Below are positions 37,178 to 46,844 of a stretch of 60,158 nt of DNA, one piece after another. The DNA is taken from assembly GCA_045656005.1 (NCBI GenBank), contig JAZOQG010000083.1, positions 1 to 60,158 of the forward strand. Reading direction: 5' to 3'. The notes below the pieces were generated by a model, which saw only the letters and a program-made list of their open reading frames with translations, was not told the DNA's origin and searched no databases. This DNA comes from Clostridia bacterium. Lineage in GTDB: Bacteria > Bacillota > Clostridia > UMGS1883 > UMGS1540. Numbering within the stretch: position 1 is the stretch's first letter; each line of letters begins with the position of its first letter. The translations under genes and the position numbers were made by a program.

Positions 37178-37852
37178 TTATTTCTCAATTTCTCTTGTAT
37201 TATAAAGTTCTTTGATTTCATCAATAGGTTTATTCATAAGCTCTTCAATAAGCTTTACAAATGTGCCTTCATTGATTTCGTCCACTCTCTTTTCAAGGTG
37301 GCCGCATTTTGGAGCAATGTATTTTCCGTTGAGTCTTCTTGCAAGCATTGCAACTTGAGGATGTGAAATACCTGCAGGACAACGTGATGAACAAACTCCG
37401 CACATTACGCAGTCAAAAGACTCTTCTGCACATTTTTCATACTCACCGCGCTGTGCATAAGCGATGTACTGCATAACAGGAAGCTCCTGAGTACAAGCCT
37501 TTGTACATGCGTTACAACCGATGCAGGAATAAATTTCAGGATAAAGCTGCATCATAATCTGCTCTGTGGGAGCAATTTTTTCAATATCATAAACCTTTTT
37601 AACAAGAGGGAAGAAAGGAAGTGTAGCAATGTACATATTGTCCTCCACCTTTGTCTGGCAAGCAAGACAAGCCCTAAGTTCTGTATCGCCCGCAATTCTG
37701 TAAATGGTTGCACATGCACCGCAGAAACCATTTCTGCATCCACAACCACGTTTAAGTTGATAACCTGCAAATTCCATTGCACGCATAATTGTAAGATTAT
37801 CCGGCACAGAGTACTTTTTGCCGAACAAGAATATATTTACCATATTTTCCAT
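37178..37852 (-). CDS. frdB: Fumarate reductase iron-sulfur subunit (2Fe-2S plus 4Fe-4S)
   Basis: GCRNGFCGAC...LACQ; CIGCNACTKAC; CVMCGVCSSRCP. Confidence 0.75.
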   Translation of the reverse strand: MENMVNIFLFGKKYSVPDNLTIMRAMEFAGYQLKRGCGCRNGFCGACATIYRIAGDTELRACLACQTKVEDNMYIATLPFFPLVKKVYDIEKIAPTEQIMMQLYPEIYSCIGCNACTKACTQELPVMQYIAYAQRGEYEKCAEESFDCVMCGVCSSRCPAGISHPQVAMLARRLNGKYIAPKCGHLEKRVDEINEGTFVKLIEELMNKPIDEIKELYNTREIEK

Positions 37853-37868
37853 CGTCTTATCCTCCTTA

Positions 37869-38699
37869 TTAATATTCGTCGGGAAGTTCGTCTATTTCGT
37901 CACAACGGAACACAGGTCCGTCTTTGCAAACGTACTTGGAGCCTATATTACATCTGCCGCATTTACCAACGCCGCATTTCATTTTAAGTTCCATTGTGGT
38001 ATAAATCTGTGTCTTTTCAAAGCCAAGTTCCTGAAGACCTGCCAAAGTAAATTTAATCATTATAGGCGGTCCGCAAAGTACTGCAGTTTTATCAGTTGAA
38101 AAACCGAGCTCTTTTACATAGTTTGGAACAAATCCAACATGACCGTCCCAACCTTCTTGCGGATTATCGATGGTAAGATGAACGTTTACTCCTTCATCAA
38201 CCATCCATTCTTCAATGATTTCATTATAATCTACAAGGTCATCACGACTTCTTGAACCATAAACAATATCAATTTTTCCATATCTGTCGCGATAGTGACG
38301 GCAGTAGTTGATTACAGAGCGTAAAGGTGCAAGACCAATACCGCCTGCAATAAAGAGTAAGTCTTTTCCCGCGAACACACTGTCAACGGGGAAAGGATTT
38401 CCGTAAGGACCTCTTATTGTTATTTGCTGACCTACCTCTGCCGCGTGAAGCCACTCTGTAACACAACCGCATTTTTTGATGGAAAACTCCATATACTCAG
38501 TATTTGTAGGTGATGAAGTGATGGAAAACATAGCCTCACCCACACCCGGAATTGAAAGCATAGCACATTGTCCCGGTTTGTGGTCAAAAGCTTTTTTTCC
38601 GTCAGGTGTTAAAACACGGAAGGTTTTAACATCGGGTGTGTCAATTCTTACATCGGTTATTGTACCGATTTTTGGAATTAATGGGTCAAAGTTTTTCAT
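37869..38699 (-). CDS. flxA: FlxA FAD/NAD(P)-binding 2Fe-2S subunit (AsrB-like)
   Basis: KPGQC, GPYGN, AGGIGLAP, LCGPPIM, MKCGVGKCGRC, CKDGPVF. Confidence 0.85.
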   Translation of the reverse strand: MKNFDPLIPKIGTITDVRIDTPDVKTFRVLTPDGKKAFDHKPGQCAMLSIPGVGEAMFSITSSPTNTEYMEFSIKKCGCVTEWLHAAEVGQQITIRGPYGNPFPVDSVFAGKDLLFIAGGIGLAPLRSVINYCRHYRDRYGKIDIVYGSRSRDDLVDYNEIIEEWMVDEGVNVHLTIDNPQEGWDGHVGFVPNYVKELGFSTDKTAVLCGPPIMIKFTLAGLQELGFEKTQIYTTMELKMKCGVGKCGRCNIGSKYVCKDGPVFRCDEIDELPDEY

Positions 38700-39723
38700 T
38701 ATCTTTACCTCCCAGTGCTTTCATAACTTTAACGATGTTCATTGAAATCGGGCATTTCATAAGACATCTTCCGCAGCCTACGCAGCCGAATATTCCCTCA
38801 TTGTTTTCAGGGAAATATACGAGTTTATGCATAAATCTCTGGCGAAAACGCTCTTTCTGCGAATTTCTTATGTTGCCGTGTGCCATTTTTGTAAAGTCGG
38901 AATACATACAGGAATCCCAGCATCTGTATCTCTGCACACCATTTCCTGTGTTATAATCTTTTATATCATAGCACTGACATGTAGGGCAAACAAAGGTACA
39001 TGTTCCGCAGCCAAGGCAGTTTGCGGAAAGCTCTGCCCATACTTCGCTGTCGAAAAATTCTTTTGTTTTTCCGCCACCAAATGAATCAGTACTTAAATTT
39101 GAAAGCGGTAGCTTTTCTATTCTTTCGCGGATTTTTGCTTTTTCGGCATCTGCTGCAGTGCAGTCACTCTCTTCTAAAACAGAAAGCTCTGATAAAAGTT
39201 TTTCACCCTTCTCACTTTTTGCTTCAAAATAAACTGAGCTTTCCGCCACTGTGCATTCGATATCGCCACCGGGTGCGGCAGCATCTATATCAAATACTTT
39301 GCAAAAGCATGTTTCAAGGGGTCTCCCACAAGCCATTGTAATTATTACTGCGTTTTCTCTTCTCTCTTTATAAAATGTGTCGCAAGGCTCGGAAAGAAAT
39401 ACTCTGTCGAGAATTTCAAAACTTCTCACATCACAGGCACGAACGCCAAATATTGCGAAAGGTCCAACGTTTTCTCTTAAATCAAGAACTTCGATGTTCT
39501 TGCCTTCTGTCTTGAATGCCATCATGTTTTCTACCTGAGGAAAGAAAAAGTCTTTAGCACTTTTGTTTGTGTTAAGAGTTTTTGAATACTCTACTCCCTC
39601 TTCCCACTTTTTAAATGATGCACCTTCTTTTCCGTCTACCGGAAGATAGAGAGGCATTTTGTCTGAAAGAGCTTTAAAGAAAGCCGAAAGTGAATCAAAG
39701 GAAATTTTACGCATTTTCTCCAT
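38686..39723 (-). CDS. flxB: FlxB 4Fe-4S subunit (AsrA-like)
   Basis: GVRACD, CFC, CLGCGTCTFVCPTCQC, RFRQRFMHK, CVGCGRC...CP. Confidence 0.83.
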   Translation of the reverse strand: MEKMRKISFDSLSAFFKALSDKMPLYLPVDGKEGASFKKWEEGVEYSKTLNTNKSAKDFFFPQVENMMAFKTEGKNIEVLDLRENVGPFAIFGVRACDVRSFEILDRVFLSEPCDTFYKERRENAVIITMACGRPLETCFCKVFDIDAAAPGGDIECTVAESSVYFEAKSEKGEKLLSELSVLEESDCTAADAEKAKIRERIEKLPLSNLSTDSFGGGKTKEFFDSEVWAELSANCLGCGTCTFVCPTCQCYDIKDYNTGNGVQRYRCWDSCMYSDFTKMAHGNIRNSQKERFRQRFMHKLVYFPENNEGIFGCVGCGRCLMKCPISMNIVKVMKALGGKDNEKL

Positions 39724-40702
39724 CTCCTTTCTTTACTGCATCAGAAGGCTCGATATCATCAGTAGTATAATTTACAAGAGGTGAACGTTGGCCTTCTTCT
39801 TCTCCTGCCTGATATTCTCCATAGAAGGAGTTTATATCTTTTATATATTTTCTGTTAAGAAGGTGAAGAGGAATGTTCTGCGGACATACTCTTGAACATT
39901 CGCCACAGTCTGTACATCTTCCTGCAACGTGAAACGCTCTTATTATATGGAACATTTTTTCTTCAAAACTGTCTGCCGCCGCTTTGTTTTCAAAGCCTGA
40001 TTTCGCATTTCCGAAAACGCACTGCTCACATGTGCATGCAGGACATGCGTCACGGCATGCATTACAGCGGATACATCTTGAAAGTTCACCCTGCCAGAAA
40101 GCATATCTTTCATCGGGTGTCATTTTTTCAAGACGCTCAACCTCATCAAAACGATTACTCTCTAAAACTTCGCCTTCTTCTCCCATAAGTTCATCAAAGG
40201 CTACGTGTTTTTTGCTTTTACATGAAAGACAACGTTCTAAAAGTGCTTCTTCGTCTGATAAAGCGATGTCGCCATCATATAAAGTTTTAATAAGAAAGCC
40301 ATTTTCGTTTTCTTCTATAGAAGCGATACCTTCTGCTTTTTCTCTTATTTTTGAAATGTCAGCCATGCCTTCGCATGGAATAGCGACTACATAAACCTTT
40401 TCGCGGTCTATGCGATGCTCTGTAAGAAGCTGATTAAAACTATAAGTGTCACAAGGCTTTAAGAAAACAAGTATTTTTTCTTCGCCCTTTATGCACTCTT
40501 TTACGAGATACTTTGAAAGGTTTGCACCGCAAAAAGAGTTAAATACAAAACCCTTTTTGATTTCGTCGGCACTTTTGAAAACGAAGGGTGAAACATCGTA
40601 TGAGAATTCGCCCGCTTTCCAGCCGATAACTTTTTGAACCTTACCGCTTTCGAGAAGGGATACGGCTTTTTCTATAAGTGCATTCTTAGTTAGTTTTTGC
40701 AT
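39707..40702 (-). CDS. flxC: FlxC 4Fe-4S subunit
   Basis: LKPCD, RCIRCNACRDACPACTC, H.AGRCTDCGECSRVCP. Confidence 0.83.
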   Translation of the reverse strand: MQKLTKNALIEKAVSLLESGKVQKVIGWKAGEFSYDVSPFVFKSADEIKKGFVFNSFCGANLSKYLVKECIKGEEKILVFLKPCDTYSFNQLLTEHRIDREKVYVVAIPCEGMADISKIREKAEGIASIEENENGFLIKTLYDGDIALSDEEALLERCLSCKSKKHVAFDELMGEEGEVLESNRFDEVERLEKMTPDERYAFWQGELSRCIRCNACRDACPACTCEQCVFGNAKSGFENKAAADSFEEKMFHIIRAFHVAGRCTDCGECSRVCPQNIPLHLLNRKYIKDINSFYGEYQAGEEEGQRSPLVNYTTDDIEPSDAVKKGDGENA

Positions 40703-41118
40703 CGTAAATCCTCCAATCTCTTATTTTCGCCCAAAGCGGTTACAGTTTCAACAAAATCGTTCATTGTTGCGGCAAATTTTGCACCTTCAGCCGCAGAAAC
40801 CCATTCCAGGCGGCATCTTTCTTTTTCTATGCCGAGAAAATCAAGCTGTGAAAAGAGAAGTGCCATTCTTCTTCTTGTATAGTAGTTACCCGATGTGTAG
40901 TGGCAGTCTCCGGGGTGGCATCCGCAAATAATAACGCCGTCTGCCCCCTTCTGGAAAGCTCTTAAAATAAACATCGGATTTACTCTGCATGAGCAGGGAA
41001 CGCGGATAATTTTAACATCCGCAGGATAATTTAAACGGTTGTTTCCTGCAAGGTCTGCACCCGCATAGGAACACCAGTTGCAGCAGAATGCAACAATTTT
41101 TGGTTTAAACTCATTCAT
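40690..41118 (-). CDS. flxD: FlxD/MvhD 2Fe-2S subunit
   Basis: FCCNWCSYAGADLAG, PCSCRV, GADGV, GCHPGDCHY, WVSAAEG. Confidence 0.9.
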   Translation of the reverse strand: MNEFKPKIVAFCCNWCSYAGADLAGNNRLNYPADVKIIRVPCSCRVNPMFILRAFQKGADGVIICGCHPGDCHYTSGNYYTRRRMALLFSQLDFLGIEKERCRLEWVSAAEGAKFAATMNDFVETVTALGENKRLEDLRCKN

Positions 41119-43109
41119 CGACATATTGCATCCACCTCCGCTAAAATCTGTGCATTTTTAAAGCCTTTAAGGTCCATTGCGCCTGACGGACATGCAACCG
41201 TACAAGCACCGCAGCCCTGACATACCGCTTCGTTTACTTTTGCAACTCTTCTCACTCTCGTAGTTCTGTCAGGCATGCGGAATTCTTTATCAATATAACT
41301 TATTGCGCCGTAAGGACAAACTCTTTCGCAGCTACTGCAGCCGTTACACATCATTTCGTCAGAGCCTGCAACGCAAGGGTTACCCATAAGTTTGTCTTTT
41401 GCCAAAAGTCCAATTACCTTTGAAGCTGCGGCACCTGCCTGCGAAACTGTTTCAGGAATGTCTTTAGGTCCCTGACAAGCACCTGACAAAAATACACCTG
41501 CCGTCGGGCTTTCTACAGGACGGAGCTTTGGATGTGCCTCTGTGAAAAAGTCGTTTGTGTCCATGCTTGCAGTAAGCATTGTTGCAAGAGGTCTTGCCGA
41601 TTTATCAGGCTCTATTGCAGCCGCCAAAACAACAAGGTCAGCATCAATGTTTATCTGTTTGTTCTCAATCAGGTCGCTTGCTCTTACATGGAGCTTGTCG
41701 CCATCAGGAATAATTTTTCCAACCATACCCTTGATGTAGTGGACACCGTACTCTTCAACGGCTCTTCTATAAAACTCGTCAAAGTTTTTACCCGGAGTTC
41801 TTACATCGATATAGAATACGAATACTTCTGTGTCAGGGTATTTGTCACGAGTAAGCATTGCGTGCTTTGCAGTGTACATACAGCAGATTTTTGAGCAGTA
41901 CTCCTTGCCCTTTTCGACACAGGAGTCGCATCTCGAACCTACGCACTGAACAAAAACAATTTTCTGGGGATGCTTTCCGTCAGACGGACGCAAAAGCTTA
42001 CCAGCTGTAGGACCTGCCGCATTTGTAAGACGTTCAAATTCGAGAGAAGTTATAACGTCTTTTGACTGGTTATACGCGAACTCATCAAATTTGTCCATAC
42101 TTATAGGATTAAAGCCTGTTGCAACAACAATTGCACCATACTTTTCTTCTATTATTTCATCCTTCTGCTCATAATTTATTGCACCTGCTGCGCAAACCTT
42201 TGCACAAACTCCGCACTTGCCATTTTTGAGCATATTGCAGTAGTCGGCATCAATTGTAGCAACCTTTGGAACTGCCTGAGCGAAAGGAATGTAGATAGCT
42301 CTTTTCATATCCATTCCGAGGTTAAAGTCATTTGGAACTTTTTTCTGCGGACATTTTTCAGTACAAACACCACAGCCCGTACATTTTGTCTCGTCAACAA
42401 AACGAGCTTTTTTTCTAATCTTTACATCGAAATTGCCAACAAAACCTGAAACTGCGTCAACCTCGCTATATGAGAAAATTCTTATATTTTCATTTTGTGC
42501 TACGTCAACCATTTTAGGCGTTAAGATACAAGCCGCACAGTCAAGTGTCGGGAAGGTTTTATCAATCTGCGCCATTTTTCCGCCGATTGTAGGCTTTTTC
42601 TCAACAATGTCAACAGGGAAACCTGCATCTGCAATATCGAGAGCCGTCTGAATACCTGCGATACCGCCGCCTATTACGAGTGCTCTTTTTACTACAGGGC
42701 TTTCACCGGGGGTAAGAGGAGCATTAAGATTTACCTTTGCAACTGCCGCTCTGCCTAAAATAATTGCCTTTTCGGTACCTGTAGGAATATCCTTATGCAC
42801 CCATGAGCATTGCTCACGAATGTTTGCAATTTCAACCATGTAGGGGTTGATGCCTGCACTCTCTGCAGTTTTTCTGAATGTTGCCTCATGCATACGCGGT
42901 GAGCATGAACAAACAACAATCCCCGTAAGAGAATGTTCTTTTATGGCATCTTTAATCATTTCCTGTCCCGCCTGGGAACACATATACTGATAATTGGTAG
43001 AGAAAACAACGCCCTGCTCGCTTTTGAGAGCCTCTGCTACCGCTTCAACATCAACGGTTGCAGCAATGTTGCTTCCGCACCAACATACGAATACACCAAT
43101 TCTCTGCAT
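41115..43109 (-). CDS. hdrA: Heterodisulfide reductase subunit A (bifurcating flavoprotein)
   Basis: GVFVCWCGSNI, CSPRMHE, NIREQCSWVH, GGGIAG, KTFPTLDC, QCVGSR, YCSKICC, CQGPKDI. Confidence 0.95.
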   Translation of the reverse strand: MQRIGVFVCWCGSNIAATVDVEAVAEALKSEQGVVFSTNYQYMCSQAGQEMIKDAIKEHSLTGIVVCSCSPRMHEATFRKTAESAGINPYMVEIANIREQCSWVHKDIPTGTEKAIILGRAAVAKVNLNAPLTPGESPVVKRALVIGGGIAGIQTALDIADAGFPVDIVEKKPTIGGKMAQIDKTFPTLDCAACILTPKMVDVAQNENIRIFSYSEVDAVSGFVGNFDVKIRKKARFVDETKCTGCGVCTEKCPQKKVPNDFNLGMDMKRAIYIPFAQAVPKVATIDADYCNMLKNGKCGVCAKVCAAGAINYEQKDEIIEEKYGAIVVATGFNPISMDKFDEFAYNQSKDVITSLEFERLTNAAGPTAGKLLRPSDGKHPQKIVFVQCVGSRCDSCVEKGKEYCSKICCMYTAKHAMLTRDKYPDTEVFVFYIDVRTPGKNFDEFYRRAVEEYGVHYIKGMVGKIIPDGDKLHVRASDLIENKQINIDADLVVLAAAIEPDKSARPLATMLTASMDTNDFFTEAHPKLRPVESPTAGVFLSGACQGPKDIPETVSQAGAAASKVIGLLAKDKLMGNPCVAGSDEMMCNGCSSCERVCPYGAISYIDKEFRMPDRTTRVRRVAKVNEAVCQGCGACTVACPSGAMDLKGFKNAQILAEVDAICR

Positions 43110-43122
43110 TATTTTCTCCTTT

Positions 43123-43509
43123 CTACTTACTGTACTTGCGCATTGCGCTTACTATTGCCTGCTGGGGCATTTCTTCATCTAAAAGTTCGGGAATAGAGTC
43201 GCTCTTTAAATGATTTTTACCCTGCTCTCTAACTGCCATAAGTCTTACTGCTTCAACGAGTTTGGCAGGCTCTACCCCTCTCGGGCAGCGCTCAATGCAA
43301 GCGAAGCATGAAAGACATTTGTAAAGTGAATCTGAATTTAAAAGTGGCTCTATATCTCCGCTTTCAACCATATACACAAACTGATGCGGATGATATTCCA
43401 TTTCACCGTATGCAGGGCAAGTTCCGCTGCATTTTCCGCACTTCATGCATTTTTTCGGATTTACTCCGCTGATGCGGATTATCTCCTCGCGAATATTTTC
43501 TTTATTCAT
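43123..43509 (-). CDS. hdrC: Heterodisulfide reductase subunit C
   Basis: CMKCGKCSGTCP and CLSCFACIERCPRG, between hdrB and hdrA. Confidence 0.88.
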   Translation of the reverse strand: MNKENIREEIIRISGVNPKKCMKCGKCSGTCPAYGEMEYHPHQFVYMVESGDIEPLLNSDSLYKCLSCFACIERCPRGVEPAKLVEAVRLMAVREQGKNHLKSDSIPELLDEEMPQQAIVSAMRKYSK

Positions 43510-44296
43510 TATCTTCCGCCTCCTTTACACCGAGTGCCTCTGCCAAAAGCTCTGTAAAGTAAATAACGGGGATTTCGCTATCATGCTTTTCGAGATTGTA
43601 TTTGCAAAGAGGACAAGCAGTAACTATCATATCCGCTCCCATTTTCTTTGCGTTTTCTGTAATGGATGTGCTTTTCTTTCTCGCACTTTCCCTGTCTTCA
43701 AGCGCCATGTATCCGCCGCAGCATTCGTTTCTGTAAGGAGATACTATAGCCTCGCCGCCAAGTGCCTCAATCATCTTTTCCATAACAGTCGGGTTTTCGC
43801 TGTCATCAAGACCCATTATTTTGCCGGGACGAAGTAAGAGACAGCCATAGTATGGAGCAATTTTTTTGCCTTCGAGTGAATTTACAACCTTTTCGGATAC
43901 TTTTTCAAAGCCTATTTCATCTCTCAAAAGCTCTAAATAGTGAATAACTTCACCGTCACCCTCGTATGGGGTGTCGAGCTTCATATAGTTATTTGCACGC
44001 AATGCAAAATCATTGTCATTTTTAAACTGATAGTTTGTCTGTTTCAAAACATTATGACATGCAGAGCAAACAGTTACAAGTTTTTGCCCCTCGTCGCGTG
44101 CAGCGCAGAGTGCACGAACAGATGAAAGTTTTGTTGCAATTTCATCATTTGATGTGGTAAACACACCGCCGCAGCACTGCCAGACTTTTATTTCCATAAG
44201 CTCTGCCCCTAAAACTTCGGCACACTTTCTCGCATATTTGTCTAAATCTTTTGCCTTTGTTTTAAGAGTACAGCCCGGATAATATGAATACTTCAT
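43502..44296 (-). CDS. hdrB: Heterodisulfide reductase subunit B
   Basis: Two CCG domains: YYPGC/CCGG/CSAC and YYGC/CCGG/ACPLC. Confidence 0.92.
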   Translation of the reverse strand: MKYSYYPGCTLKTKAKDLDKYARKCAEVLGAELMEIKVWQCCGGVFTTSNDEIATKLSSVRALCAARDEGQKLVTVCSACHNVLKQTNYQFKNDNDFALRANNYMKLDTPYEGDGEVIHYLELLRDEIGFEKVSEKVVNSLEGKKIAPYYGCLLLRPGKIMGLDDSENPTVMEKMIEALGGEAIVSPYRNECCGGYMALEDRESARKKSTSITENAKKMGADMIVTACPLCKYNLEKHDSEIPVIYFTELLAEALGVKEAEDNE

Positions 44297-44314
44297 TACC
44301 AAACCGCCTTTCTT

Positions 44315-45691
44315 TTATACCATCTGTTCGGGATGGAACACTTCATCAAATTTCTCTTCTGTTAAAAAGCCGAGCTCTACACAAGCCTGTTTAAGAGAAA
44401 TGTTATCTTTATATGCTTTTTTAGCTGTTTTTGCAGCATTTTCATAACCGATGTAGGGATTGAGTGCAGTTACAAGCATAAGTGAGTTATGAAGATTGTG
44501 ATGCATTTTTTCGCGATTTGCTTTTATTCCAACCGCACAGTTTTTGTTAAATGAAATTATAGCCTCTGCCATAAGTCTTGCTGACTGAAGAAAGTTATAC
44601 GCACAAACAGGCATAAACACATTAAGTTCAAAGTTACCCTGCGATGCAGCCATAGAAACCGCTACGTCATTTCCCATAACCTGAACCGCTACCATTGTAA
44701 CCGCCTCGCACTGTGTCGGGTTAACTTTACCAGGCATAATAGATGAACCAGGTTCATTTTCGGGAATAAATATCTCGCCAAGACCATCACGCGGTCCGCT
44801 CGCAAGCCAGCGGATATCGTTTGCTATTTTCATCATGTCACACGCAAGTGCTTTAATTGCACCATGAGCAAATACCATTTCGTCTTTAGACGTTAATGCA
44901 TGGAATTTGTTCTCGGCAGTAACAAACTTCTTTCCGCAAATTTTTGAAACTTCTTCTGCAACTGCCTCTGAAAAACCTTTTGGAGCATTAAGTCCTGTTC
45001 CAACTGCCGTGCCGCCGAGTGCAAGCTCTGAAAGAGGCTTTACTGCCATAAGTAAAAGCTCTCTGTCTTTTTGAAGGCTTGACCTCCATCCGCTTATCTC
45101 CTGGCTGAACTTTATGGGAGTTGCATCCTGCAAATGTGTTCTTCCGCTTTTTACAATATCGTCATTTTCTTTTTCAAGACGGATAAATGTTTCAATAAGA
45201 GTATCAACGGCAGGAACAAGTTTATCCTCAATCATCAAAACTGCTGAAATGTGCATTGCAGTCGGGAAAGTGTCATTTGATGACTGGCTCATGTTAACAT
45301 CATCATTCGGATGAAGTATTTTCTCTCCTGCAATTTCGTTTCCGCGGTTTGCAATAACCTCGTTTGCGTTCATGTTAGACTGTGTACCCGAGCCTGTCTG
45401 CCATACAACAAGCGGAAAATGGTCGTTGAGTGACCCGCTCATAACTTCATCACAAGCCTTTTCTATAGCAGAAAGCTTCTGGTCTGTCATTTTTTCAGGC
45501 TTTAATCTGTTATTTGCTTTTGCCGCCGCTTTCTTTAAAACACCAAATGCATGAGTGATTTCACGAGGCATGGTTTCAATATTTACACCAATTTCAAAAT
45601 TTTCATGGCTTCTCTGTGTCTGCGCCGCCCAAAGTCTGTCTGCAGGCACTTTAACTTCGCCCATTGAATCATGTTCTATACGATAATCCAT
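44315..45691 (-). CDS. fumC: Class II fumarate hydratase
   Basis: RIEHDSMG, WQTGSGTQSNMN, GRTHLQDATP, PGSSIMPGKVNPTQCE. Confidence 0.96.
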   Translation of the reverse strand: MDYRIEHDSMGEVKVPADRLWAAQTQRSHENFEIGVNIETMPREITHAFGVLKKAAAKANNRLKPEKMTDQKLSAIEKACDEVMSGSLNDHFPLVVWQTGSGTQSNMNANEVIANRGNEIAGEKILHPNDDVNMSQSSNDTFPTAMHISAVLMIEDKLVPAVDTLIETFIRLEKENDDIVKSGRTHLQDATPIKFSQEISGWRSSLQKDRELLLMAVKPLSELALGGTAVGTGLNAPKGFSEAVAEEVSKICGKKFVTAENKFHALTSKDEMVFAHGAIKALACDMMKIANDIRWLASGPRDGLGEIFIPENEPGSSIMPGKVNPTQCEAVTMVAVQVMGNDVAVSMAASQGNFELNVFMPVCAYNFLQSARLMAEAIISFNKNCAVGIKANREKMHHNLHNSLMLVTALNPYIGYENAAKTAKKAYKDNISLKQACVELGFLTEEKFDEVFHPEQMV

Positions 45692-45719
45692 CTTAAAAAT
45701 CCTCCAACTATATAATAAG

Positions 45720-46676
45720 TTATATGTCCATCTGTTTAATAAGTGCTTTAAGTGTATCTGCACTATGGTGAAGCTTTTTAATTTCCTCATCATTTAAAGG
45801 CAGCATAAATTTGCCTGCAACACCCTTGTCATCAACAACATTTAAAAGGCTTAGGCACACATCATCAATTCCATACTCGCCATGAAGCATTGTTGAAACT
45901 GTCATGGTAGTGTTTATACCACCCAAAATGCATTTGCAGATGTGACAAACAGAAACTGAAACTGCATAAAACGTTGCGCCTTTTCTCTCTATTACTCTGC
46001 CGCCTGATTTTCTCACATAGTTTTCAACTTCTTCAAAGTCAACATCAGGCCACTTAACGCCATTATCTTCAAGCTTTGGCATTGCAGTGGATACACCCTC
46101 AACAATCGGAATATTTGAAATGTTTGCAATAGACCATGGAACAAAGGAAGAATCTCCGTGTTCACCGAGCACATAAGCATGAACATTTTGCTGGTTTATT
46201 GAATAGTATTCAGAAAGACGTGCACGAAGACGTGATGTGTCAAGGATTGTACCTGAACCTATAATCTGATTTTCAGGAAGTCCTGAACGTTTGCAGAATG
46301 TGTATGTCAAAATATCAACAGGATTACTTACTATAAGATAAACGGCATCAGGAGCATATCTTACGATTTCAGGAATAATCTTTTTTGTAATGTTTACATT
46401 TGTCTGTGCAAGGTCAAGTCTTGTCTGACCTGGTTTTCTCGCAATACCCGATGTTACAATTACAATGTTAGAACCTACCGCATCCTGATATGAGCCTGCA
46501 TAAATTGTTGCAGAAGAGCAAAAGGGTGTTCCCTGTCTTATGTCAAGTGCTTCACCAAGAGCCTTCTCGCTGTTGATATCAATAAGCACAATTTCAGAGG
46601 CAAGCCCCATAACTGTTAATGTGTAGGCAATGGTTGAACCTACGCTTCCTGTCCCTATGATAGTAATCTTGTTCAT
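45720..46676 (-). CDS. mdh: LDH/MDH family dehydrogenase, probably malate dehydrogenase
   Basis: GTGSVG, loop GIARKPGQTRLDL (Arg at the specificity position, Gln in LDH), SGTILDTSR, GEHGDS; directly upstream of fumC. Confidence 0.75.
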   Translation of the reverse strand: MNKITIIGTGSVGSTIAYTLTVMGLASEIVLIDINSEKALGEALDIRQGTPFCSSATIYAGSYQDAVGSNIVIVTSGIARKPGQTRLDLAQTNVNITKKIIPEIVRYAPDAVYLIVSNPVDILTYTFCKRSGLPENQIIGSGTILDTSRLRARLSEYYSINQQNVHAYVLGEHGDSSFVPWSIANISNIPIVEGVSTAMPKLEDNGVKWPDVDFEEVENYVRKSGGRVIERKGATFYAVSVSVCHICKCILGGINTTMTVSTMLHGEYGIDDVCLSLLNVVDDKGVAGKFMLPLNDEEIKKLHHSADTLKALIKQMDI

Positions 46677-46720
46677 AAATTTTTTCCTTTCTATATATGT
46701 ATTCTTTTAGTACATTATAA

Positions 46721-46773
46721 ATTGTAACACAGTTCGACATCAAAATCAATAGAAATTGATAAATTTTTAACAA
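46721..46773 (-). promoter_or_regulatory. mdh operon promoter with adjacent Rex-type operator
   Basis: TTGATT(46749-44)-17-TACAAT(46726-21) with extended TG; TTGATAA-ATTT-TTAACAA at 46756-46773, one mismatch to TTGTTAA-N4-TTAACAA. Confidence 0.7.
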
Positions 46774-46844
46774 TCTTTTTTAAATTTATATAATGTGATA
46801 TTAAGTACATTAAAAAAATTTATAATTTATGCACTTTTTCCAAA

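Noticed and set aside
37869-44296. Sulfite reductase AsrAB, methanogenesis or sulfate reduction
   Set aside because: No AsrC/siroheme subunit, Dsr or Mcr genes; the order matches Hdr-Flx.
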